The notes beneath the pieces are model-generated. The model did not search any database. It saw only the letters and a program-made list of their open reading frames with translations, and was not told the DNA's origin. The position numbers and the translations under genes are program-made. A stretch of DNA of 56,070 bases, the filler included, from Sluysia triapertura (Eukaryota): NCBI GenBank assembly GCA_046118255.1. It is 4 parts of 4 records of this genome, joined end to end, with 100 filler letters (N's around TTAATTAATTAA, not from the genome) between each part and the next. Parts side by side here need not be neighbours in the genome. Positions count along the whole stretch, not along the records: positions 30,733 to 42,651 come from JBJNIA010156381.1; positions 42,752 to 56,070 come from JBJNIA010046791.1; 2 more parts are not named here. One strand, given 5' to 3'. Of the stretch, positions 41,534 through 52,889 are shown in pieces (positions within the stretch are counted from its first letter, which is position 1; the number at the start of each line of letters is the position of its first letter).

Positions 41534-41684
41534 CAGGGTTTTGCGAATTAATATTAACAAATATTTTTCAAAATAAATTAAATTTTTACCAAAAATAATA
41601 TATATTTTAAAAATAGTATTTACATCATTTAGTTAATTTAATTTATTTGAAAAATATTTGTTAATATTAAATTGCAAAACGCTG
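41534..41684. mobile_element. TA-flanked fold-back MITE (Tc1/mariner type) nested in the hAT element
   Basis: About 50-bp near-perfect inverted repeats: TA|CAGGGTTTTGCGAATTAATATTAACAAATATTTTTCAA ... TTGAAAAATATTTGTTAATATTAAATTGCAAAACGCTG|TA. Confidence 0.8.
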
Positions 41685-42651
41685 TAAATTAATTTTTGTT
41701 TTAAAATAATGTGTTTGCTTTAATATACTGTGCGGCCGTGCAGTCGCTCAGCTTAGAGGGAACATTGGTCAGAACGAATAAAATACGTAACTTTTATAAT
41801 CACAAAAAAATCTAGATACATGAAACACTTACGAAAGTTACTGAAAAGAAGTCACGATAATTATTAGAATATGATGATGAGCATAATTTGAGATTGCATG
41901 AATAGCTTGTCAGACCTTGTATTCTTGAATTGCCACAAAAAATATTTCAGTGGCAATTCGTTTCAAGCATTCGTTCATTAAGTCAAGATATCTTAATATT
42001 TGTAGTGCCATCGTTTATTTATGCTCTGGTTCTATCATTTGTTCTCTTATGTTTTTTGTATATTTCTTATAAATCTCTTTGATAATAACATTTCCACCAT
42101 GTCGTCTTGACTTTGAAATATCTTGCATATTCTATGATTTCATAAATAATAATGGAATATTACATTTGTATTTATTCGATGGATCTTTTTCGTGTTGCAT
42201 TTGGATTTTAGGTATACTGTTTGTATCTGTTTATGAATTTGTTAAATGAATGAGATATTTTAAGGTGTGAATTTTCTTCTGTGAAATGTTCGGTGATCTG
42301 GAAACGTGGATTATTTTGTAATATTAATTCAGTATTGTATATGTATAAATTGTTTCAGTTTGTGGATGATTTGTAGGATGATTTTGTCTGGTGTAACATT
42401 AAATGGTTGAGAGTTAGGAGGTTTTATCGAATGACATTGTGAATTGCTTGCTTGTAAAGTTTGTACGGTAGAAGATGAATGAAAGATTTTGAAATAATTA
42501 AGGAGTGTGTAGTTTAGATTGGGAATTAAAACTTTAATATGCGCTGATTGTATAATGAAATCAAAAGTCACAAGTTGAGCCACAATAATAATGATTATTA
42601 TTATATTGTTAATTTGACACTGTATTATATTATATCCATCCATCTACCTAT

Positions 42652-42751
42652 NNNNNNNNNNNNNNNNNNNNNNNNNNNNNNNNNNNNNNNNNNNNTTAAT
42701 TAATTAANNNNNNNNNNNNNNNNNNNNNNNNNNNNNNNNNNNNNNNNNNNN
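42652..42751. other. Artificial contig-joining spacer
   Basis: Same N44-TTAATTAATTAA-N44 structure. Confidence 0.97.
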
Positions 42752-42752
42752 T

Positions 42753-44084
42753 TCTAATCAGTCGACTGATCCAGAAAAAAGAAAATTAATACAACAGCAA
42801 TTATTACTGTTTCTTCATGCGCATGAAAGTTCAATAATTAGTACAATGTTATCAAATGAAGGTAAAATTAATCTTTTTAATTCAGTGTTGTTAGACAAAT
42901 ATAAAGTTAATCTTTTTAATTCAACGTTATTAAACAAATACGAATTTGATCTTTTTAATTCAGTGTTATTAGACAAATATAAATTTGATCTGTTTAATTC
43001 AAAGTTATTAGACAAATATGAATTTGATCTTTTTAATTCAAAATTGTTAGACAAAAATAAATTTATTTTTTTTAATTCATCGTTATTAGACAAACATGAA
43101 TTTAGTCTTTTCGATTCAACGTTATTAGATAAATATGAACTTAGTCTTTTCAATTCGATGTTATTAGATAAATATAAGATGACGACAAGACGACCTGATA
43201 TATACAGTCGTAAAGCAATGATGAAGTGGTTTGATATGTATAATAATAAAATAACAATTAGACGACCCAAAATACGAAAAGACGGTCTATTTAGTACAAT
43301 ACTGTCATACAGTCGTGATATGGCGATAGTGCAGTCGTGTTCACGCAAAGAAGATAGCGTATTAGAATTCATTAACAACACCGAACCGTTCAAGTTAATC
43401 ATTTCATTAGATCGAGTTACCTACACATGTATTAAATCTATTATTAACTTAGGTAATTTTTTTACATTAGAATTTTATTATAATTCTTATTATATTATCT
43501 ACATATTTATTATTCATAGTAGTTCTATCAATGAGGAATTCAACAAACTTGGGATCCGCCAAAGGAAGATGTATGCAGAACTATTCATAAACTTCAGAAT
43601 GAATATTGAACAATATAAAATTAATAAATTAATTTGCTTTAAAAAATTTTCATCCAATTTATTAATAAATAGATATAATTGTTGGTTTTATAAATTTAAA
43701 TGCAACAACGATAGAATAAAAATTGTTTATATTGAGTTCGTCATTTATAACAGATTATATGTTAAGGGGGTAGATGAACTAATGAAGACCACAACTAATA
43801 TTCATAGGTATGTTGTTGGAAGTAGTTGTAGGATCTATGACACAATAATACGTTTAAATCTAAAAATCGTCAATACGATTATGGCTAGAAATCTGATTCC
43901 TTCGTCTTGTCTAAAATCTAGAAAACTTTTTACAAAGATCGCCGCTCATATAATTAATACTAAATTTCTACAGTTCAAATTCGATATGATTAATTCTAAG
44001 GACATCCTTCACAAATCAAGGTGTCAAGCCTTCATTCACTCGGCATCAACCACAAACATTTACCCCATATTAAGCACTCAATAA
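42753..44084 (+). CDS. 5'-truncated ORF: degenerate CBP/p300 TAZ1 split by 8 x 13-aa repeats, followed by a KIX-like segment
   Basis: Frame is open from the contig edge. [21 protein letters not shown] (CBP: [21 protein letters not shown]) lies in frame upstream of the 412-aa ORF; later weak TAZ1 and KIX matches. Confidence 0.7.
   Translation, partial: [443 protein letters not shown]
42867..43178 (+). repeat. Coding minisatellite, 8 x 39 bp
   Basis: Unit approx. FDLFNSxLLDKY[KE]; all units frame-preserving. Confidence 0.92.
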
Positions 44085-44199
44085 TGTGTTAAAAAGGAAA
44101 CCAAAGATAAAGCAACAATCAGCAAAATTAAAATACCAATATCTACAAAAATTAAAGTCGATAACAATTATATTTGTCTTGTCAAATATCTTTATTTTA

Positions 44200-45170
44200 A
44201 CGTAATAACCAAAAACTACAAAACATAATTTTGGAAGGGAGTCTACACAATTCAACTAAAATCACTAACTAAAAGTTAAAAAATTTAAAATTCAAACTTA
44301 AAATAATAATTAAATATATAACTTAAGACAATTAAAAATAACTCGGGCAAGGAGTCGCCCTAATAAATCAATTAAAATAAAATAAAGTTATAAAATCAAA
44401 TAAAAATCAATTTATCCTTAATTTAACTTATTTAAAAAATTATAAGAAAATTATTGTATTTTTATTTTAATTAATTAAAATCATTAAATAAATAAAAATG
44501 TTAAGCTATATCGAATAATTAACATAAAGTAAACAAAAATGTTACCATCATCTTGGGTTTTCTTTTTTCTCGTAAACGTTGTCTCAAGAGTTGAGTTGAA
44601 AAATTTTCCATGTATTCGCTTTGATATCTCCGTATCGTCAAATCACTTTCAAACTCACAATCAGGAATTACCTTTAAACAAATCATCAAAATCTCTTTTA
44701 AAGATTAAACCGACTAAAACGACTTTGACACTTACATAGTGTTAGATTTCATAAAATGGACTGATCGGGATCGAACCCGGAACCTCTCGCTGCGTAGTTA
44801 GATGCTCTATCATTGAGCTATCAGCCCTGTCTAACAATTTTATATTATTATAGTTCATTATACCAAATGGCACTTTCGACCTGTATCCCAACAATAGTAA
44901 GACTTGTCAATGAAAATAAAACAATTCGATTAACAATAAACTATCATTTTTTTCTTCTACTCTAATCGATCTATTTTTTCATGAATAACTTCTTACATTT
45001 AAATAACATTTATTATTATTATTTAAAAATAATGAATTTAACTTTAGTTTTTGCAATTTAATTAATTTTCAATTCCTCATACTCAATTTTTTAATGGAAA
45101 ATGTTTAAAGTTCTCATTCCCAAACAAATCATTTCAAAAACATTTCAACCTCACTTTCGGAATTCCTTAT
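44200..45170 (+). repeat. Dispersed non-coding repeat, copy A
   Basis: Near-identical blocks with 52890-53580, e.g. AAGATTAAACCGACTAAAACGACTTTGACA and TTTAACTTTAGTTTTTGCAATTTAATTAATTTTCAATTCCTCA. Confidence 0.85.
44740..44836 (-). mobile_element. 97-bp TGTTAGA...TCTAACA element containing a tRNA-like core (44757-44827)
   Basis: Minus strand: acceptor stem GGGCTGA/TCAGTCC, D arm GCTC-AATGATA-GAGC, B box GGTTCGATCCC. Anticodon stem does not pair (ACG in loop). Absent from paralogous copy B. Confidence 0.7.
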
Positions 45171-45289
45171 TTTATTAAAGATTTTAAGTCTTATTTTCAT
45201 ACCTCCTAATAGAGATGGAACCTAACATAAAAACTTACTGATAGTTTTTTTAAAAATTTCAGCCACAGTTTAAATAAATTTTTGTTCAG

Positions 45290-46170
45290 GTCACGCTGGA
45301 ACTAAATCTAATTTTATAATTCAAGATACAACCAAATTGCACTGGACGTAGTTAGATTAACTGTCCTATGAGTCAATCTCCACCAAATAATTTCACGTAA
45401 TTTCTTCAAAGAACGGATTAAATATCACCAACTGATTCGATTTACCAAATTATTAAACGATCGAGTCACTAAGTTAACCTCTACCAACTAATTTCAGGTA
45501 TTCTTTTTCTTGTGACCTCAAATTCTTGCGATGACTTATTTATAATTTCTGCATGTATTTTTTTAGTGCTATTATTAATTATTTAATTTTAGCAAAAACA
45601 GAAAGAAGCATCGGTCAAATGAGGTGAGTGATGTTATTTATTTTCTTTATTATTATTACTCATTTTTTATTATTCATTTAGGAATGTCATTTGAGGTAAG
45701 TTTAATTTTATTATTATTATTATATTTTCAGAATCAGATTCATCTACCATGACAATATGATTTATATATGTAATTATGAACATTGTGACAAAACGATGAT
45801 TGTAGTGAACATTTCATCACACATCAACACTTCATACATAAATAAAGTGATAAACAAGTTACTCGACACATTCAAACTAAAATACAATCATATTTTCATA
45901 ATTACCATAACAAAAACGTGGTAATTACCATAACATTTCATCACACATCAACACTTCATACATAAATACAAACTAAAATACATTCAAACTAAAATACAAT
46001 CATATTTTCATAATTACCATAACAGAAACGTGGATTCAACTATTCAAAGGTGAAGAGTCACCAAACAGTTGCATTTGTTCTGGTGAAATAAAATTCGATG
46101 AAAATGTTATTGTAAATGGTTCCAAAAATTACAATACGCGCTTGCTATACATCTGCAATAACTAGTTATA
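45290..46170 (+). pseudogene. Decayed gene with micro-exons and zinc-finger-like remnants
   Basis: ag|31 nt (45593-45623)|gtgagt; ag|14 nt (45682-45695)|gtaagt; 58- and 36-nt introns; then YICNYEHCDKT...SHINT and an internal ~120-bp duplication. Confidence 0.4.
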
Positions 46171-46505
46171 ATGCCATTTTAGAATATTTTACAATATACT
46201 AGTGCTAATCAGTAATACAAAAATAACAGACAATGTCTATATTTATTTATTACTTTTTATTTTTCTAGTGTATATTGATAAACTTCTTCATATTATTGGC
46301 ATTTCACAGCCTGTAATTATGATATAATATATTATATATAAAAATTAATATTAATTGATAATCTCTTAATCAACCTAAAAAAAATCAATAATAATGTATT
46401 ATGGTGTTTAAAAATCTTAGTATACCTTTTAATACTGATTATACAATATATAAATATAATTTATTTAATCGCATACCATATTTAAGACGAAATATTATCA
46501 GGAAT

Positions 46506-47521
46506 TGTGGTGACCAACCCAGTATCTTGGGGTTTTGTTTCAAAAAAATATACACCAAAATCACCTTTCACAACATTTCATAATTCATAATATTTTCAAC
46601 ATTACAAATATAAAATTACATAACATCAAATTCACATTTAATACCGAAAATCATCAAAGATTTACTTAAAAAAATTAATTCAACACACTTCACATAAAAT
46701 CACATTCCATAACATTCTAACTATTTTTCATATTTTATATCTTCAGATCATTTTCCATATCTCAAAACATGTAAATTAATATTCTGTCAACAACCAATTC
46801 TTAATTACATTCAAAATTATCAATCCTTATCTAAAAACACTTATTTACAATTTAAAACATTTACAACAATTATTTAAAACACTTATTCATGATATCATAA
46901 CGTTTGAATCACAATTACATCTCAAACTATCAAATTTACATCTTAAATTCAATCTAAAATATTTCAAATTTACAATCCTCAACACTCAATCACTGAAAAC
47001 ATTAAATTATTACTTTGAAACCATTTTAGATGTTTTAATCAAAATAACATTCTTTAAAAACTGTAGTATCGTCACTTCTTTTAAACATTATCTTAACAGC
47101 TTTTTCTATAATTTACACCTTTAATCACCAAAACATTTAAAAATTTACTTAAAACAATTTTATCATTATCACATAACATAAAAATCACAATCACATCCTA
47201 AATCACAAATAGATACCTTCAAATCAACCCAAAACATTTCAAGCTCACAATCCTTCAACAAACATTATTTAACATTCTAAGTCAAGATTATATAACGAAA
47301 CTAAACAATAGAAACTCAAAAGGACAAGAATTTTATTTTGAGAAAGTAGATCAATGTTAAAAGAACGCTCATGTATTAGATTTTTAAAAGTTTATGCATT
47401 TAAAATTATCACAAATATTTTACATAAGTTTATTATCATTATTGTTAAAATTATTGTCACTGTCATTATTTTACTACCATTTTTATTACATTTTATCTAT
47501 ACATTCTGCCATCAATCGACA
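46506..47521 (+). mobile_element. Probable solo LTR (best-delimited member of the TGTGGTGGCCAACCC family)
   Basis: GGAAT|TGTGGTGACCAACCC ... TCGACA|GGAAT: TG...CA ends with candidate 5-bp TSD; internal subrepeats. Confidence 0.55.
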
Positions 47522-47901
47522 GGAATCTAATTAAATTAATCTTTTGTTTCGTATAAACTACATCTCATTTCTGTAAATATATAGGAGTATTACATACGAA
47601 CAGAACACTAAATAAACTACTTGACTCATTCAAAAACAAACATAGTTATAGTTATTGTTATCATAAACTCCATTGTAATAATAATTCTTATAATAATACC
47701 ACAATGCCATCAACATCATCATATTAAAATATATAATAACTCTATTATTGTTATCATTATTATTTTTGTATTGTTATTGCGCTACATCGTTATATCCGTT
47801 CAGATTTGATATTCTCAATAAGCGATTTCAATGTAAGTGATATTTTTCGAGTGTACTATAGTGAATGTCAAAATAATACATTTCAGAGACCAGCTGCATT
47901 T

Positions 47902-48594
47902 ATGAGTGACGTAGATGGGAATACAGTTCCATTAGAAAAAAATTCTGAATCTTTCTCATCGCATGTATTATTATCTAAATCAATGTCAACTCTTTGGGCT
48001 GAAGGTAAAGAAAGAGCGGAAAATTTATTGAAATCATGTGCAATTGTAGAATTTTTTGCGTCCTTATTTTAATGTAGAACCGAAAGAAGTTTTAGTCTCA
48101 TTTGTACCAATTAACTAGAAAAATGCGGATTTTCCTGTACCGGCCGAATTTTATGGACCTACAATGATATGCTTTACTTTAATTGCTTTTATTTGAAATG
48201 AAATCATCGATACTATAGTTCAAGAGGGAACTTTAACGGGTATTGCAATGTTTACTTGTTTCAGTTATTGGTTTGCTTCTCGTGATGTAATGTGGGTTAT
48301 TTCTTATGTTGGTTTATATAGTTACGACAGGTTCAGATCAATTCTTTAATAGGTTATGTATTAACAGGTCATTATACTGTACTATTAGTAGGAAGCTTTT
48401 TACATACTGGTAATAGTCACATGAGTTTTTATGTGGTATGGCTAATTTTTGGTGGTCTGTGTTCTTGTAGAGTGATATCAATATTTTGGGCTCGCAGCAT
48501 GGACACGTTAAAAATAGTTGCTACTATGATAATTTTATTTTTACATATGGGATTTCTTCTGTACCTACGTTTTGCGTATAACGAATGTAATTAA
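47902..48594 (+). pseudogene. YIPF3: YIPF3 (Yip1 domain) pseudogene, no introns apparent
   Basis: LWAEGK.../LRPYFNVEP...AEFYGPTMICFTLIA.../DTIVQEGTL.G.A..TCFSYW...FYVVWLIFGGL...LHMGFLLYLRFAY matches YIPF3 motifs; stops and frameshifts. Confidence 0.9.
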
Positions 48595-49216
48595 GAAAAT
48601 ATGAATTTTGTCATTTAGTGTTTCATCGGATTAATTTATTATTGTTTTATTATCTTTATTATTACAAAGATTAAAATAAAGTTTATAAATTTTATTATTA
48701 TTATCATTATTATTCAAAGATTATTATTATTTTTTTATTTTACTTTTAATTTTTAATTAAATTTTAGCTGCTTAAAACAATCAGTAACTAAAATATAATT
48801 AAAAATGTCTATTATTATGGTAATTACTGTTACAATTATTACTACAACTACTATTATTGTGAATACTATTACCATTACTAATATCGCTATTACTATCATT
48901 ACTACTATTATACCACTAGTACTACTACTAAAGTATTGCGATTACCACGACCGCTGTTGCTACATCTAAAAATTATAAAATATGCTAAAAGTAAAATTAA
49001 AATTAAGTTTAACTTATTAGACAATTTATTTTATGATATCATTTTTTACGTCATTTTAGGCAATCAATTTAAAATAGTAAAAAATTATCTAAAATAAATA
49101 AGATTATTTTCTTCATAGCACTCACTTCACAACATTCATCACACATTCGTAACTGACTTTGTAATACCATAAAAATCATTTAGAAAAATTTATCATTTTA
49201 CTTTATCTATCTTCCC

Positions 49217-49772
49217 TTAGCATCTTCTTTCTTTATTAGGAAGAGCATTGACAATATCATTTCTCTTTCTCAACTTGAGAAATACTTAACGAATATATTG
49301 TGCATCTTGAATACTATTATGTTCAGTTGAGTGTATATCTTGATGAAATAATCCCCTCACACTCTTAATACAATCTTTTGGCCTGGATGTTTGAATATTC
49401 TTAATAACTGTTTATTAAATCTTAAATCAGTTATACCATATAAAATATTTTTAATTATTTCTAAAACTATTAAATCGTTATCAAGTCCATATCCTAATAA
49501 GATTTTTCATTTTAATAACAATCCTACATAAGTAATAACCTCTTGTTTATTATATTAATTAAATCAGTAAAATGTGTAATTCTTGTAATAAACTCCGTAA
49601 TATTCTGAGGTGTAATTTTAGTGGCAAATATTTCCTTTCCTTCATAATTTAATATTGCTACACTTTCCAATCCTAATTTTTTATACTTTACTTGGACAAA
49701 TTCAGCGTCAAAAAATACCAATCGTTCTTTAATATTTTCAAATCCTAATAAAAATTCATGATTATTTCCCAT
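49217..49772 (-). pseudogene. DEDDh 3'-5' exonuclease (REX4/ISG20-like), intronless, frameshifted
   Basis: ExoI VFFDAEFV, ExoII ILLGYGLDNDL, ExoIII HNSIQDA in order. Confidence 0.85.
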
Positions 49773-49937
49773 GTGTAATTTTCTATCTTCAGATCTTGTA
49801 GTCTTAATATAAGGAATATAAAAATTAAATGTTTTTTATAAAATTTTAAACAGAATAAATTTTTTATTGAAAAATACAAAGGATAACGAGTTATATCAAA
49901 ATTTAAGATTCAGTATTTGATTTTGACTTATAATATA

Positions 49938-51795
49938 TTAGGTTGGTGCATAAATTCACGCAAATTAAAATTGTTGCAATTATTTTAAGTGATTTGAGTT
50001 ATATTCATTCAGCTGAATTATCTATTTAAATCATTTTAGACTAACGTTCACTATCATTACTGTTGGGATTTGTGAAGGATAAATGTAGATGTAAGGATCA
50101 AGACTCTGGATAATAGAATAAGTTCAACATTATTAAAAAAATTAATATGAGGTATTATGATGAACTGTAATGGTAAGATAAGTATATATAATACTTAAAT
50201 CAAGATAAAATAATGAGAAATACGAAGAAATAACCATGTGCATGGTTTTGTTTGTTAAAATATTAAAGTATATTTGTTAATTAACTTAATTAAAATTTGT
50301 TTAATTTGACAAGTCAATAAAAATGTTTGTTCATGAGAAAATGATATTGGATTTAGTGTTTATAGTTGAGTTTTATTAATATTTTTAATGATGAAGTATG
50401 GCAAAGCACGTCAACATAGATAACTTAAAAATTATTAATTTTAATTAATTTTTTTAATTTAAAATTAAAGTTAAATAGGTTCCGAGTCTAAGTACTAATA
50501 AAGTATATATATCAAATTGATGTTTATAAAGATACTAATTCAAATATCTTATTGAACTTGACGTGCAACGTATGGCTGACGCACAATACTCCTGTGAGAA
50601 ATAGATATATTATTTCATAAATTTTATCTTTAAATTAAGTTGACAAATTACGTTATTAGCATATAGCAATGTAACAATAGTTTTAAATTTTAATTATGTG
50701 ATATTAAGAAGATAAGGGGATTGTTTGCCACAAATTAGATCATTTAGATCATTTAGATAATGAAAATGAGATTGAATTTGCATATAGATGGAAATTGCTG
50801 CCGAAATTCAATAAGTAAAATTAGTCGGCTTTTTACCGACTAAAAGAGAATAAACAGCTTTAATTTCCGTATTGTTAAATTCCTGATTTTTAATTTCTTA
50901 AAATCATCATAAACTGCTATATAAGCAGTTAAATTTTTGCATAAAGTTAGAAAATAGAGCTAAGAATTAAGAAGATTAAAGAAAACTTTCTAGCTATAGG
51001 GACGCTGCTTCAGTTCATTATTGGATAACGGTGGAACTGAAGTTATTTCTTTAGCAATCAGCTAAAATCAAATAGTTTAGTATAAAGTAGTAATAAAAGT
51101 TAGTGAATTATTTTGTATTGATTATATTTTGTATTAATACGGATGCGAAAATTTAAATAAGTTGTGTCACTCTTAGTTTTGAGTTGTTTATAAAGAATCA
51201 TTTATATTGATATTGTTATAAAGAATAATTTGTATTTTGTTATAAAAAGTACTTTGTATTGTCGTTGTTATAAAAAATAATTTATATCTTTTAGTTGTAA
51301 TTTTGTGATAATCCAAAGAATATATCGAGATTCTGAATTTGTTCACTTATTGAGTTTTTAATCGATAATTTGTAATATAAAAAAAGTATAAAAAACACAG
51401 CATTACCATCATTAAAATGGAGTGTCAGGTAGATAAAAATGAACATTTCCGTTATCTACTCCTTTTCTATTTTAATCAAAATTTAAACGCTTCAGATGCC
51501 ACCAGAATGATTTAATTTATGGAGAAAAGATAGCTAATGAATGAACAGCACAAAAGTGGTTTTGTCGACTAAAAATCACCAAGCTTCTTGAAACGTGGAA
51601 TTGACAAACTGCCGGAATGGTTGACGCCATCGATTTTGGCGGAGAATATCTCACCGATTGAGACTGAGATATTTGTTTTTCTAATGATTTAATAAATTCA
51701 TTTTGTTATCTGGATTTTTTGCATGGTTTTTATTCTTGATCAGTATCCTTTTTTCATAATTGTAAAAAACCGCACGAACTTATGCACCAACCTAA
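49938..51795 (+). mobile_element. Internally deleted mariner transposon
   Basis: TA|TTAGGTTGGTGCATAAATTC ... GAACTTATGCACCAACCTAA|TA. Transposase remnant 51417-51661: MECQVDKNEHFRYLLLFYF...TAQKWF joined to KRGIDKLPE...GEYLTD*. Confidence 0.93.
50061..51402. mobile_element. Solo LTR inserted in the mariner 5' UTR
   Basis: TTAC|TGTTG ... CAGCA|TTAC (TG...CA, 4-bp TSD); removal restores a short leader ...ATCATTACCATCATTAAAATG. Confidence 0.8.
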
Positions 51796-52889
51796 TAACT
51801 TCTTTCCGCTGTTTGAACATTAATTTCATTTCTTATTGAATAAATTTGAATCTCCACAGCTTATGATAAATGAATTTGTGATGCTTCATAAAACAACTAG
51901 AGTGATAATTAATCAAAATCAGTGTCCGGTTTCTATTATTAAATTTTAATAAATTTGGAATTTTAATTACATTGTCAGACTTGAAAACTTTAGACTGAGC
52001 ATTTTATAAGAATTCACTAACTTTATCAATAATATCTAAGTCCAATACTTCTACCATGCCAATTTTATTTTAATGATTTTTATGTAATTACAAAGAAAAA
52101 TGATCAAATAATAAAAAAGTTAATAATAAAAATCAATTAGAAATAAAAAGTCAAGATAATAAAAATGTTAAAATGAGAAATAATCAAATAATAAAGTAAT
52201 AAAAATAAGCATCTTAATAAATAAAAAAGACGAAAAATCTCAATAAGCAAGCATGAGCTAATAACTGTTAAATATTGTCAAGACAATTGTTGTGTCTTTA
52301 TTTAAAATTATTAACAAGAACTTAATAATTAAATTAACTCAAAATTTTCAATGTATCTTCAGTAATCGTAAAATGGTTAATAATTATTGATTATTTTCTA
52401 AATGCAGTAACTTTCAATAAATGCAAATTCTAAGTATATATTTTAAAATACTTATAAATTCATTTAACAAGTACAATAGTGTTATCTCTTAAATCAATAA
52501 CACTAATCTAATATTAATTTAATTCACTTAAATAAAATCTCAAATGAACTCAATAATCACTAAATCAGGTAAACTTATCACAAATTTTTTATCCTAATAA
52601 TGATATATATATATTCAACCCAAAAATTATTTATTATTTTCAAATCAAAAATACTATAATCAATTAAATACTATAATAACTACTAAAATCAAATACAAGA
52701 TTATGAGTAAAATAACTATAATAAAAAATCAACAATAGTTCTGTTTCATAACGATATTAAGCATGCAATAATTTGTACAAAGAAAAACCAGAGGTGACGC
52801 AAAAACACTTAAAAAGAAAACATCAATATCTAAAAAATTGATGATAATAATTATTATTATATAGTTTCAAACAGTTTTGTTCTATCTTA

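Larger units (their letters stand above)
40653..41767. mobile_element. Non-autonomous hAT element
   Basis: Termini CAATGTTTCCTC...GAGGGAACATTG; perfect 8-bp TSD GTCAGAAC at 40645-40652 and 41768-41775. Confidence 0.9.

Noticed and set aside
42815-43402. Antisense 195-aa LRR-like ORF (LKRLxLYLSNNxEL)
   Set aside because: A 13-aa period is too short for LRR; it is the mirror of the plus-strand repeat, whose frame carries the TAZ1 match.
44757-44827. Functional tRNA-Arg(ACG) gene
   Set aside because: Anticodon stem TCTAA/GCGAG does not pair, the T stem is short, and it sits in an insertion.
14642-49772. Stop-codon reassignment explaining the many in-frame stops
   Set aside because: TAA, TAG and TGA all occur, alongside frameshifts and lost conserved residues; ordinary decay fits better.
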